From the NCBI GenBank assembly GCA_002633005.1, contig NMRA01000171.1:186001-250000 (forward strand): a stretch of 64,000 nt of DNA, given 5' to 3'. Below, piece after piece: positions 12,906 through 25,490 of this stretch (position 1 is the first letter of the stretch; every line of letters starts with the position of its first letter). Source of the DNA: Phoronis australis (lineage: Eukaryota > Animalia > Phoronida). The translations under genes and the position numbers were made by a program. Below the pieces are notes generated by a model that did not search any database, was not told the origin of the DNA, and saw only the letters and a program-made list of their open reading frames with translations.

Positions 12906-13979
12906 GTGCCACCTCCATCATCGATGGGCGACAATTCAAATCTATCGAATCAAGAATACCATTAGGGTGTTTGGTTTGTTTCGTCCAGCACCAGAGGTCG
13001 ATTTGATTGGCCGAGCGAAGTATTCTATGTGCGTTCACCCTACGATAGTCCTTGATACGGTTGCCATAAAGAAAACGGTAATCCATCTGAGTGCAAAAAG
13101 TGGCACAAATTACGTCACCATCATTCCTATTAAGTTCATTATAACTAGTCCTAAGCTTATTTTCAAATGGGACACAGTTAATAACAAGAAACATTATAAT
13201 TGCTTTAGCAGTGAATTGCGACATGTGATGTCTGACAATACTTTCAAGCACTTAGCCTGACAAAGATTTAGGTAAGAATCCTTTGTTTCGATTTTTGGCT
13301 GCCGTTTGTCATAGATTGCCTTAAAATTGTTTGTCGAATACCAATCAAAATCGAAGTCTTCTACAGTATCGCTTGTATACGTGCTGTATCTGTAAAAAGC
13401 AAATCGATGATTTGTTCCTGCTCTGTTAGTCATTTTCTTAATAAGTTATGCATTAAAGTATCCAATGAGGTGTTCGACCTGATGACGCTCAAGGGACTTC
13501 TGATCAACCATTTCTAGCGTTGCTGGGGCATCCTTTACGCGCAACATTGAAACTTGTGCACATCATACGAGAAACTATTGCCACATTGCCATTTTCACAT
13601 GTCATCGTAGATCATAGAGTAATGTTGCACATACCAGATAAATTGGTTACTGAAGAAACTGCGAAATGTGAATAGGTTTGTGGATCGTGAGACGAAGTGC
13701 GACTTTTCATTACAGACCTATGGAGTCGTGTGAATAAAAATTGACACACGTACTAATGTACACCTGGCACACGAAAACAATAAAACACGAAATAAATTTA
13801 CAGGTGTATGTTGAGAGAATCATGACTCTTCTTCGTCCCTTTCTAAAATTATGAGGGTTTTTGTCCAAATATTTGTGTTCTTCCGTTTCTATGGGAATGC
13901 GCGTTTAGCGGAGACGTTTGGATGTTCGGTTTAGTGCAGGATTGCTCAGCCAAAAGTGTCATTACATAATTATTTCTGT

Positions 13980-14970
13980 GATCTAATCTCTTCAGACGGC
14001 TCCGGCCTGCTGAATCGATGTTATTTTGGTTTCATAACTTGTTTCTGGCATCATTACTCAAGTAATAGGCATTTTTTAGTTAGCGACTAGGTTGCGTACG
14101 TCTATGCCAACGACGACGCAAACTTATCAGCAGTGAAAAGCGTTTTCGTAATATACTCAGTGAACCACCACTTCCACCGGTTTGAGGAGCTGCTATGTTT
14201 ATTAATTCCATTTCGAAAACATCCCTGATACATTATATTGTATCTGAAACATGCAAAATTGAGCAAAATAAGCCTTCAGAAAAAGATAACATTCCAAAAA
14301 TCACTCGTCCGCTTCCCCTTCGTAGTCCAACTTGGTTCAAAGGATTTCACGAAGTCATTGGGAAAATAATTGACCCCCCCAATAAAAAGTCCTAGTTTCG
14401 TACCTAAGTGACAAGGTTTGTCTCCTGAAAACTGAACACTAGCACTGAAAATTAGCCGGGTGACAGTTGTTCGGNGATCTAATCTCTTCAGACGGCTCCG
14501 GCCTGCTGAATCGATGTTATTTTGGTTTCGTAACTTGTTTCTGGCATCATTACTCAAGTAATAGGCATTTTTTAGTTAGCGACTAGGTTGCGTACGTCTA
14601 TGCCAACGACGACGCAAACTTATCAGCAGTGAAAAGCGTTTTCGTAATATACTCAGTGAACCACCACTTCCACCGGTTTGGGGAGCTGCTATGTTTATTA
14701 ATTCCATTTCGAAAACATCCCTGATACATTATATTGTATCTGAAACATGCAAAATTGAGCAAAATAAGCCTTCAGAAAAAGATAACATTCCAAAAAATCA
14801 CTCGTCCGCTTCCCCTTCGTAGTCCAACTTGGTTCAAAGGATTTCACGAAGTCATTGGGAAAATAATTGACCCCCCCAATAAAAAGTCCTAGTTTCGTAC
14901 CTAAGTGACAAGGTTTGTCTCCTGAAAACTGAACACTAGCACTGAAAATTAGCCGGGTGACAGTTGTTCG
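13980..14970. repeat. ~495-bp near-identical tandem duplication joined at an ambiguous base
   Basis: gatctaatctcttcagacgg...gacagttgttcgg occurs twice; the ORF track shows X at the junction (~14474). Confidence 0.85.
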
Positions 14971-15231
14971 GCCTGGTGACGCCCAACACCACCAGTACTG
15001 TTAAGTAGCACCACCAACATTCTAAATGGTGTCTATGTATAGCAGAAAGCAACACAACAAAAGAGTAATTGGTTACGGTGGCTGTGTTGCGATGTTTTCA
15101 CACCTCCCACAAGCGCATCTTAGAGAAATGAAGCAAAACCAAATTGCGTCAAGGTTATTAATGTATCCGGCATTGACGGTTAGCCAGAGTCATGTGCAGA
15201 TTGCGTGGAGGCGAAATAGTCGTCAGATAAG

Positions 15232-15258
15232 TATTTAAGGATGGTTTCTCAAGTCAGT
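15232..15258 (+). promoter_or_regulatory. TATA-like box and Initiator-like TCAGT of peptide precursor gene copy 2
   Basis: TATTTAA at 15232-15238 and TCAGT at 15254-15258, upstream of the ATG at 15294. Confidence 0.5.
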
Positions 15259-15293
15259 CGCCAAGTTCACTCTTTGCTACTGAAGAAACCGTA

Positions 15294-15356
15294 ATGGCAT
15301 TCAACTGTTTCCAAATATTTGCACTGCTGACTGTTGTAGCTGTCTACGTAATAACG
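15294..15356 (+). CDS. Secreted prepropeptide copy 2, exon 1 (signal peptide MAFNCFQIFALLTVVAVYVIT)
   Basis: ATG at 15294, 21 codons, donor ACG|GTAAGT; 58 of 63 nt identical to copy 1. Confidence 0.8.
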
Positions 15357-17065
15357 GTAAGTATTGTTGATGAAGGTGTCGGTTATTATAGAGCTTGAAA
15401 CGTGTTACACTATTCATACTTTGATTTTGGTCAAGCCTATGTAACACTATTGATATGTCACAATGTCATTCACAGCGAGAAGTATGTGGCAGTCTCAAAG
15501 ATAACGCTGCCTCAATTTTCACCAATTTTATAACATGTGAACGTTTTCATCAATGGAAATAAATCACCGAAACAGGAACATTTCGTAAACTACAGCAGTG
15601 CATTGCCAGATTCTTCAATAAAATAGAGAGTTTGGTGCCATTTAATTTAGTCGTGGGTTTCGTTGGTAGGCCTGCTAAACCACCACAAATTCAAAAAGTT
15701 GTTGCAAAAAAATCGGATGTCAAAATGAAGAAGCGTAATTTCGGAGCGCGATTCGACTGTAATATATTAGTTAGCTGTGACAAAGTTTTGTCTTAGAATG
15801 TTCAATAAAAATAATGTGAAAAGGCGTCTCGAAAAAACATTTGTTGGCAGAAAGGACATGCAATTTGAGTGCATTTTGTTGCATAGAACGTGGAAAACAG
15901 ACAAAATGGTATTAATCAAAATTGTTCTCTGCCACCGAAACAAAATTCAACCTGTTCACCAGGTATTCCCATGATTTGTTCCTTAGATCAAAAGATCATG
16001 CTTGCGGCGCACTATTTTCCGTTTTAACCTAGCGTGCACTAATCGTACATAAGTAAACAGTACCGATTCCCGTGCGTCTTCCGTTAGAACAAAAAATTCG
16101 ACACATGAGCATTATTCAGAGTATGAGTTATGATACGTTGGAAATGAATCTGTGTCCCAAATTAACATTGTCTCATGAGTTCTGCTTCAACGACAAGTAT
16201 GAAGCATTTCAAAACTAACATATACTCACACGATGAGACTCGGGTAACGAGTGTAGTGTTGAGCAACGGATTTTGCGAAACATAGCCGACTGAACGCATG
16301 AGTTATCCGCATTCTCAGTATTTGTTCGTCGCCTCGCATGCACTATTCATAGACTCAGTTTCGGAAGCCAAAAGTTGGATATTTAAACTTAGGTAAAAAG
16401 ATGAAATAAGTGTAAATTTTAGTTTATTCTTATTTATACTGTTGTTGTATTTTATTTTGTTTCCATGCTAAGGTCAGTTTGAAACGATTAACGCGACAAG
16501 AACTTATACACCTATAAGCTCCAGGTCAGTCATAATTATGGATCATCGAATGAAATTAAAAAATGTCTAGTCGCCTATTCGAATTCGGTGACGTGCTGGT
16601 GGCGCAGGGGTTAAGTGATGGCTGGCGGCTGGACAGGAAGATCCAGGGATCATGAAAAAATTTACAAAGCCCCGTTAACCTAGAAGCGGTCATTATGATT
16701 GAAGGTATGAGCAGACGATATGGAATATAACACGTGGACAGACTATGTATTTATAAATGCATCAGCCGACAGTATTTCTGAGTCAATAATTCTCCCTATC
16801 GACCGTTCATACTTTCATATTGACTGCTGCTATGGTAGCACCATTAAATCCCATTAAAAACTTTTGGCATATCATCATGATGGGTTCTTCCTGATCACAA
16901 TCCACTACTTCGCCACAGCTCCACCGGCACGTCACAGAAGAGGGAAGTCTCTTTTATGTTTTTTATGTCATCAGGATTCTGATAATATATATATTTTTTC
17001 CAATAACCGTAAGTAAAACAAATAGATGTTGCAATGCCGTGCAGTTACCGAAGAATAAAAATATA

Positions 17066-17250
17066 AAATAGCAAAACTAGTAAAACTAAAATGACGAGCG
17101 TCAGCACTAAAATATATTAAAATATTCCCACGTATCGAGCGATGCGCTCTTTCTCAAGGGTGTGCTACGGACATCGCTCGATACGTGGGGATATTTTAAT
17201 ATATTTTAGTACCGACGCTCGTCATTTTTGTTTTACTAATTTTACTATTT
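17066..17250. repeat. Long inverted repeat / foldback (about 79-bp arms, 27-nt spacer)
   Basis: Arm 17066-17144 is the near-perfect reverse complement of 17172-17250. Confidence 0.85.
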
Positions 17251-17479
17251 CGTAAATAAACCACTCGGTGAATACAAATTTCCATCGAGGCATCAGTTCT
17301 CTCCACGCTAAAAAGGCCTGGATCGCGAAAAACAGATTGAATTGAACAATTCAAAGTGGTTCTCTGCCACTGAAACAGAATTCAACCTATTCACCCGACG
17401 TATTCTTATGATTTTGAATTTCTGTTGATGTCAAAGCATTTTTATTTTACTTTCAAATTTCAAAATACTATCATTAGAG

Positions 17480-17695
17480 AAAGCAAAAAAACACTCTCCC
17501 CATGAGATCAGGCCAAAAATTTCTGAGTCTTGTCAGATTGGGGATGAGACACCTCTTTCAAATTTTAACGGGTCACAGTAACCTAGCGCGACACAGACAC
17601 ATTACTGGGCATATGGAGGGCCCAGTGTGTCCTGAGCGTGGCACTTACGTTCAAACCCTGAACACCTGGAACAGTCTTGCCCAGCTTTTTTTCGT
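17480..17695 (+). mobile_element. Non-LTR retrotransposon 3' fragment (C-terminal Zn-knuckle region, I/R1/Loa-like)
   Basis: LFQILTGHSNLARHRHITGH...VCP, then frameshifted PEHLEQSCPAF, matching the LTGH...C..C...EH....CP motif. Confidence 0.6.
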
Positions 17696-17879
17696 TGTTT
17701 TGTGATTTGTATTTATATAAATGTTAAGGAAACATTCAAAACAACGAATTTGTCCATTTTACATGGGTATATTTTTTCATTAAATGATAAGTTTTGCATA
17801 AGCAAACAAGAAATTTTTGTTTGAAAAATTGAGAAAACTTTGAACACTGAAAATACAATATCACATAACATTCAAATTT

Positions 17880-18295
17880 TCAAAACTTGAAAACTTGAAT
17901 TTTGATCATGTAGAAACCTTATAGTTTTCAAAAAACTTAAGTTTTACATAAATGAAAAACTTTTAAGTTTTGTGAAAAACTTAAGAAATCAAGAAAACTT
18001 TATTTCTAAAATTCGAAGAACCCTATTTTCGATAAGTTTTCATAAAAACTTAAGTTATTGCTTGAAACTTAAGGTTTATTATACTTGAAAAAACTTAAGT
18101 TTACTGAAAAACTTAAGTTCTCTGAAAATCTTAGGTTTTTGACAAAAAAATGTAAGTTTAAAAACTTAAATTTCTTTTAAAAACAAAAGTTTTTCGTAAT
18201 AGTTTAAGTTTTTCCTAAAAAACTAAGTTATTTTCCAAAACCTTAAGTTTCTCTGACAAAAACTTAGGTTTTCATCGAAAAACTTGAGTTCATTT
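17880..18295. repeat. Minisatellite of palindromic AAAACTTAAGTTTT units (copy 2)
   Basis: Same motif and intronic position as 3920-4320. Confidence 0.8.
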
Positions 18296-18907
18296 TTATG
18301 GGTATTGTTGTTATATACATGAACAAGGAATGCCAAAAAAGTACTTACATTTTCGTACAGCATCAGGAGTATAAATTCACTTCCCTTAGACCTAGGACCA
18401 CAAATCGGCCAAGCCTGGGCCTACCGTATGGTTATAAAAGAATCTATGGTTACATCAAATCTGAAAGTAGGCGCGTCAGCCGTATCGTGTTCTTTATGCA
18501 CAAGAATAGCAAACGACTGAGTTTTGGAGGATGAAATTTTATTGTGTTACTGTTACTGGAAACTCAAAAACGTAGAGAGTAGGCAGCAAATATTCTAACC
18601 AAGTTAAAAGACAATGCATTGTTTCCGTTTAAACTTTTTAAATATTTTAAAGGCTTTAAATTAAAATTTCGTTTTTGGTCACCCCTTTGTACGTTTAAAC
18701 CAGTTGTTCATAAGTCAATAAGCAATGCAGCCATTGAGATTTGAAGTGCACGTTTTTCTGACGTCCTGTGTACTGCTGTGAATTTGCTTAAGGTAATGTT
18801 GCCTATACCCTGAGACGTGACGTAAGAAATTCGTTGCGGCAGTTTTTTGTGATAATAAGAATGGTAGGCCTAAGTAATAAATGTAAATCACACTTTTGTT
18901 TTTGAAG

Positions 18908-19150
18908 GCAAGTGGAGCGAGCATCAATCGGGAAACAAGGAATGGTGATGAAGTCAAAGAGGACTCAAAGGTTAAAGAATTCGCAGAGCTTTTAAAGGCA
19001 ATAATGTCTCTTTATGGTAACTCTGGCGCAGATGACATTCCCGAAAGTCCAATGGAAACTGTTGCAGATCCTCTTGCTGAGGCCACAAAAAGAGGACGCC
19101 AAGACCTCAGAGCAATTGGATGTTATCTTCATCCGTTAGATTGCATGTAA
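18908..19150 (+). CDS. Secreted prepropeptide copy 2, exon 2 (pro-region, KR, mature GRQDLRAIGCYLHPLDCM); allatostatin-C/somatostatin-like; 101 aa precursor
   Basis: Same acceptor as copy 1; frame intact despite an in-frame 18-nt indel; CYLHPLDCM resembles the AST-C core CYFNPISCF. Confidence 0.8.
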   Translation, partial: ASGASINRETRNGDEVKEDSKVKEFAELLKAIMSLYGNSGADDIPESPMETVADPLAEATKRGRQDLRAIGCYLHPLDCM

Positions 19151-20191
19151 CAACGATGCATATTTCCTCCAATACACGCATGGTGGGTTTCTCCATCCGT
19201 TTGACCCGCTCATAGAATGACGTCTGACTAACTTAGCAACGAAAGTTGGCCCTCCCAACAAGAGTACAGACTGGTTCCCTCTCCACGTTAATTGTTCTTT
19301 ACTACTAATTTCTCTTTAATATCGGTCTTGTAATGGCAACACTTTATAAGCTCACTCTCAGTGTATACTGTACTGGTGTTACTTCATAGTAAATGCGCAG
19401 CACTTATGCAAACCTTATTCTACATAGTGTATTCTTGTCTTCGTATTATACTGCTTATCACATACTTTCAATAATTCATTATGTTCAGGATAGTTACAAA
19501 CAAACGCTATTTTATCCTCCAATCATAAAACCTTAATGGTAAATAACTAATGGGGTAAGACGATCACGCGCGTGGTTCGAACCACTGCGCTGCACAGGCT
19601 TGATACTGAATATCATTTTTTGTTGTGTGAGTTTTGCAGAATTTTCTGCACAACAGGGGGAGGGGGTAAACTGATTATTCCATGCCCTCGGTACTTATTT
19701 CCCGCTTCTAGACCACAAGAGGGATTTGGAGGAATCATCGGGAACTAACTGCCTTATAACGTAATGATGACCAATTCTACTGATTTTCATGCTCAAGTCA
19801 ACATCTTACAGTCCTAAAAATGAGATATTAACTGAGGCATGACCGGGGTCCTTTTCATCTCCGGTAACGAGCTTGTGACGCACGTATTTTACTCGAGGCA
19901 TATGCTGAACACACGTATTTTACTCGAGGCATATGCTGAACATAAATATATTTTCTAAAAGTGAAAAGCCTGTAGAATTTGTTTTTATTATTTTTTTACC
20001 AGTCTACCAATAATCAAAGGACGATGTCTTTTTAGTAAAATTTAGTAAAAACAACGTTATCAAGATTTGTTGAAAATGAAATCTCAACAACACTGGAGCT
20101 TTCTAAATTTTTGTTTCCTCGTTTTATGCAACTTTTGAGCTCTTTCATTAAAATCATCAGAGTGTAATTGTTCTTTGATAGTCCCTCTTAC

Positions 20192-21565
20192 AACAAGAGC
20201 AACGCGGAGCGTTAAAATGCGCCCACGAATGCACCGCAAACGATGTGCTTCTAGAGTTGTTCATTTCTGTCATAAAATGACCACTAGATAGCGCAACATG
20301 TCCAATCCATCTGAAAACGGAACATGCCATCGCTCCTTTAATAGAAAGCTATTTACCAAATTCCATAAAAATCTGTCAAGGAACTTCAGAGAAACAAAGG
20401 AAAACGGAAAAAATGAAATTGCCATTAGGGGGCACAGCATACGCCTCAAAGTCGCCATCTTTTGTCAGCTTCATACAAATACACTTACTAAATTTAATAA
20501 AGATCCTACAGTGGGTTTAGGAGATACAGCTATGGCCACAAAACAAAACAAAACAAAACAAAACCACCACTAGGAGGTGCCACAGTAACCGAAGTTGTCA
20601 GCGCAATCGTCCTCTTCACACTGAGAACATAACTATACGCCAATTCTCAAAATCATCCTCAGAATGGTTTGGTTGATAGAGGGGTGGACGCCAGAAAACA
20701 GACTCGAAAACAGTAAAAATGGCAACTAGCTGGCGCAAAATACCTCGAATCCATCCGAAAATGGGACGATAGCGTCACCCCAATAATACAAGCATATATT
20801 CCAAATTGTACGAAATTCCATTGAGGACCTTTGAATATACAGAGGTAAACATAAAAAAGCTAAAATTGCCACCAGGGGGACACTGGTGGTCAGATCCGTG
20901 CGAAAGTCATCGTCGTTCCTTGTAAATGTCATATAAATACACTTGCTAACTTTAGTAAAGATCCTGCAAACAATTAGGAGATACAGCCAAGGGCGCAAAA
21001 AAACTGCCACTAGGAGTCGCCACATTAGTCGAAGTCGTCGGAAAATCATCGTCAGCCATCCTTTTCAGAGTCATTAAAGATTCTGACATGTATGCTTTTT
21101 CATAGTAAGAACAAAGGCCCTACATCCCAATTTTCATAATCATCCTTAGAGAAGTTTGATTAATAGAGGAATGGATGCCAAAAAACAGACTCGAAAACAC
21201 TGAGTAAAATGGCCACCAGGCACTGGTGGCGCAAACTACGTCGAATCCATCCGAAAACGAAAGAGTAGTTGTTCATCTCACTAACAGATGCCTATATTCC
21301 AAATTTCATGAATACACGTTGAGAACTTTCGAAGATACAGCGGTATAAAGCGTAAAAAACTAAAATTGCCACTAGGGGGCACACCAATAGTCGGAGAGGC
21401 CTGAAATTTGGCATCCCTCGTCAGCATGAGCTTCTTCGGAACCTGCCAAATCTCAGTAAAGATCATTAGGAGAAATAGCTCCGGACGCCGGACGACATAA
21501 GACGCCCGCACAGACAGAGATGACGGCAATATGCGACCACATATAAATATGTGGGCGCATAAAAA
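20192..21565 (-). mobile_element. Full-length Helentron-associated (HINE/DINE-like) non-autonomous element
   Basis: Subterminal inverted repeat ATGCGCCCAC (20217-20226) / GTGGGCGCAT (21551-21560), hairpin AACGC-GGA-GCGTT (20201-20213), GGAC/AGAC microsatellite near 21482-21520, internal degenerate repeats. Confidence 0.65.
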
Positions 21566-23666
21566 TGGAACAGTTTAAAACAATTTCTAATTTAGAGAAC
21601 AGTGGATCTGAAAGTTTCAAAAGAACTTTTTTTTTCATCACGCACAACTTGAGTGACTCAAGTTGAGTCACACAAAATTAACACTGCATTGTTGCGTTCG
21701 GTCGATTTTTATTTTACTCTTGAATTTGCCCACCCTTTAACACCAGTGTTGGGTTTGTTGTGACGTATCGTCCCCCTTGACAATATATCCAGAGTGTACG
21801 TGACATCATTTCCGTAAACATCGACACATATGGTTGCCTGGGCACGCGTCGGTGTTCACGGCTTACATTGTCGCACCCGTCACATATTATCGCCCCCTGT
21901 GTGGAAGGGAAGGAAATGTTGTCGCACCATCTGGCTGTGGGTACTTTTCCATAAGTTTGATTTTGACGGCATGAAATGGCTTGTGCACAAAAAGGTCATT
22001 TAACTTTCAAAATGAAAGTCAAATGAAAAATATGGGATCTAAAAATCACGTGGCTTTTTGCTCTGGTGCAAAAACATACCGTGGTCACTTTTTCGCTCCC
22101 TCATTTCCAAAAAAAACTCCCATTGAAGCTTTTTGGTGACGGATAATTCATCTTTAAGGACGACTCAGGAGGCTCCCGGCTACGGTTCGATGAGCTGTCT
22201 CACGGTTAGGAAAACCTAGCCACAATCAGGTGTTCTCCGCAATATCCAGGGGCTGATCCAGGTTTTGCGTTGTGGGGGGGCAGGGCAGAGCAGAGTATTA
22301 GCCAGGATTTTGCCCGTCAGACATTCGCACCCCTGAACTGCCAAATGGAATCTGGGAGAATTTTAGGGGGGGCCATGGCCCCCTTGCCCACCCCCTTAAA
22401 TCTGCCACTGATATCACATGGAATCTCACGAAGTTTTGCTTTTTAGCTACGTCCCTGGTCAATTACCACTGCGTTCTCGTTTCTTAAAGACACACCTTTC
22501 CATACAAAGGGACTATCTTTTCCGCCTATCAAGCAAATACAAAAATTTGGGTAGATCCTTGGCAGTTTAACTGGATAATAGGCATCTTTCTTCCCTTCAG
22601 AATTAACCATAGCAAGTGACAACAGACGTCACTGGTGAACATGAAAACGATATTTGTAAGCTTTACTATTTTCTCAGTTACTTTGTTGATAAAATGTGAT
22701 TTAATGTGCCAGAGATATTATGTTTGCACTGGGGGAAAGTATATTATGTGGGTGTAGAAAACACCATTGCAGTACGTTGACATATTTATTTTTCTCAGGC
22801 ACCAATTGCACAAATTCACACAAGAAGGAATGTTTTGGTACTAAAAATACAATCCGTAAGTACCCAGCAGTGTCTCAGACCAATCAACTTCCACCGAACA
22901 TTTAATATACAGCACTGGCCTATCTGAGAAGTGCCTGACCAACCATAATGCCCAAAAAGGAAAATATTCACCTGGCGGAAGATTTTTGGAGGAAAAATGT
23001 CTGTACAAACCCTTTTTGGTTATGGCGGAAGCAGCGGCATGGTGAGGCAGAATGCTCTCCTATATCTGCCTACTTCATAGAGCACACAAAAATTTGATGT
23101 TTCAATTCCAAACTTGAATTTCTTTGGTCCTTACTAACTCATGTAAGGCCAGTCACATTTTTCAACTGTACACTGAATTCCAAGCCTGGAAGACCCTGTT
23201 CTCATTTTGCTTTACAAGGTGCAATTACTGGTCAGTAACATAATTCAAGCTGCCTTTAGTGAATTTCATCATAAACCATAACTTGTTTTCTTAACGACTA
23301 ACAGTCCAAATACACAGGTCCCATGACCAGTTCAAACATGGCAACATAACTCATTTTACAGAGCACTAAAGTGAGAGAGGTTCAAAAAGCTTGGAAAATT
23401 ATTGCCAAGCTTAAATAATATCGGCCATGTTTGAAGGTAGAAGTGCATTTCTGAGCTTAATTAATCTTACCAATCCGGAGTCTTCAAGCTAGCTGAAGAT
23501 TAGTTTGCGTTTTTTTTTCCTTTTTAGAGGTTGTGACTGGAAGAGAGAGTCCATTTATATACATTTGTGGAGTCTGTAGTAATTATACGCGATTGTCTTC
23601 TGTAATTAACATTACTGGTGAAACCATGTTGGCGAGCAGATGGTATTGGCGCCATGCCAGTGAATA

Positions 23667-23819
23667 TCACTTGAGGAAGCCGTTCTTCTTGAAGTCAGCC
23701 ATGACAATCTCCACCTGTTGGGGCATCAGTGGCTGAAGTGGCATTCTCAGTGGGCCACCATAGAACCCAAACCATTCCATGGCTTGCTTTAATGCAGGCA
23801 CACCAAACCGCCGTGTTAC
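23667..23819 (-). CDS. HOGA1: HOGA1 exon 7 (VTRRFGVPALKQAMEWFGFYGGPLRMPLQPL...NGFLK, stop)
   Basis: tttcag| ... TGA; 153 nt; total CDS 1017 nt, 338 aa with a single exon 4. Confidence 0.95.
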   Translation of the reverse strand, partial: VTRRFGVPALKQAMEWFGFYGGPLRMPLQPLMPQQVEIVMADFKKNGFLK

Positions 23820-24928
23820 CTGAAATCAGAATGTTGGCAGATTTGTTTATGATTCACAATGCTTTAAAGCTATGAGTTTAATCCCATCAATTAAAACAAA
23901 TTTTGATTTATGCCACTTGTCTTTGCAAAACTGGACTCGACTCATTTCATTTTCAGATAGCAAAACATTTTAAGAGTTGTTATCTGAAATTGAAGTTTTG
24001 CTATTGCTTGAAACTTGGTTCAAAAGTTGGCTTGACATGCCAATTTAATTTAAAATGCCCACAGCAATAGGTCTGGCCAAATAGGCTGGTTCTTTGGCCA
24101 AACAATAGATCGAGTACTACTAGCTTAACTCGTTATCGCATATGTCGTCAGCCTGCACAAGTCGTTATTTTTTCTTGGTTCCGATTACACGGCCATTCAT
24201 TTATATGTAAAAGCCTTGTGGTTAAGCTGTCGTTTCTAAGTCATCATCTTCGCCTGACTCGTTGCTCCAAAACATCACATCGACAAAAAAAATAACCAAA
24301 GTTATTTTAATAAAGAGACAATATCTCCTTAAATTCATAAATGAGTGAATTATCCCAAACTTAAGTCGAGAATTCAACATAACCAGATTAAAAATTATGC
24401 AAATGACTATACTGACAAATCCCGTAATTTGTCAAGTTTCAAACTGTGGTTTACCAATTGTATTCTAAACCTTTCTACCTCAATAGCCATAAAAAAATTG
24501 AGAATTAACAACCAGGCATCCATGCTTACCAACACCAACTGAATTATTCTCACGAGCTTGGATTTTCCCTTCTCCTACCAAACAGTTTTCTTGCTTCACA
24601 AGTAAAGCTCGTGATCTCACTAACCTACATTCGCAACTTCAGCGATCCATCAGTTACTTCGCTTAAAAGTAACTAAAATTGCCAGTTTTGTTTTTCAGAG
24701 AAAATCGATCATGCAACAAAAATCCAATTTTCATCTGTTGTTTTCAACAGCTGTAAAATACAAACTGTGTTGAGAATGATGTATAATTTCCATTTTTATT
24801 TTGTTGCACAGTTTGCCGAAATAAATCCCACTAGTCTGCCTTACAACGTGATAAATAGCTGGAAAATTAGAGTTGGTATGGTTGAATGTGACCGCCAGGT
24901 TTGAAAAAGTTCTGAAAGGTCGACTCAC

Positions 24929-25062
24929 CGCACCATTAGGAGAGACAAGCCTCTGCTGCAACAGCCTGGCCTCCTCTGACTGTCCCTTTAGGAACAACTG
25001 CTGGAGCTGACACACCTCCTGACCCAGAACATTAGCTAGGGCACACACACCTCCAACACAGC
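24929..25062 (-). CDS. HOGA1: HOGA1 exon 6 ([14 protein letters not shown]...[11 protein letters not shown])
   Basis: atgcag| ... |gtgagt; 134 nt. Confidence 0.93.
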
Positions 25063-25393
25063 CTGCATGGATAGAGCTGGAGTCAGTGAAAGGTTGAACA
25101 GTGAAATCTCAACTATTGCAAAGAAAAATGTTACCCTTTTTCATATGTCAGAAGCTTCTAATGTACCATTAATGTGCAACATAGAAAAACATCAACAAGT
25201 CACCAGAGAATATTAATGCCAATACATGACTCAGTCAAGCAGTCATCAATGAGCAACTGTAGTATAAAACGTCAATGTACAAACCCAGTCACAAACCATT
25301 CACAACAATGATCTACTTTACAACTAACAAGTCACCATAGTCTAGTCATAGCAAGTATAATCAACAAGTCAATACTGGTCATGGCTAACTTAC

Positions 25394-25490
25394 CTACTGT
25401 CAACGCAGGATAAAGAAAACTTGCAGAGCCAGCCAAGATTTGGAAGCCAGAATCTTGAGTGTGGTACACCAAATTGGCAAGTTTAGCTAC
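25394..25490 (-). CDS. HOGA1: HOGA1 exon 5 (VAKLANLVYHTQDSGFQILAGSASFLYPALTV)
   Basis: ctgtag| ... |gtaagt; 97 nt. Confidence 0.93.

Larger units (their letters stand above)
13935..19845 (+). repeat. Segmental duplication, copy 2
   Basis: Direct-orientation paralog of 645-5785. Confidence 0.9.

Noticed and set aside
13980-14970. Promoter duplication upstream of peptide gene copy 2 as a regulatory novelty
   Set aside because: The copies are near-identical and meet at an ambiguous base, the same pattern as 28240 and 48904; probably a contig-overlap artefact.
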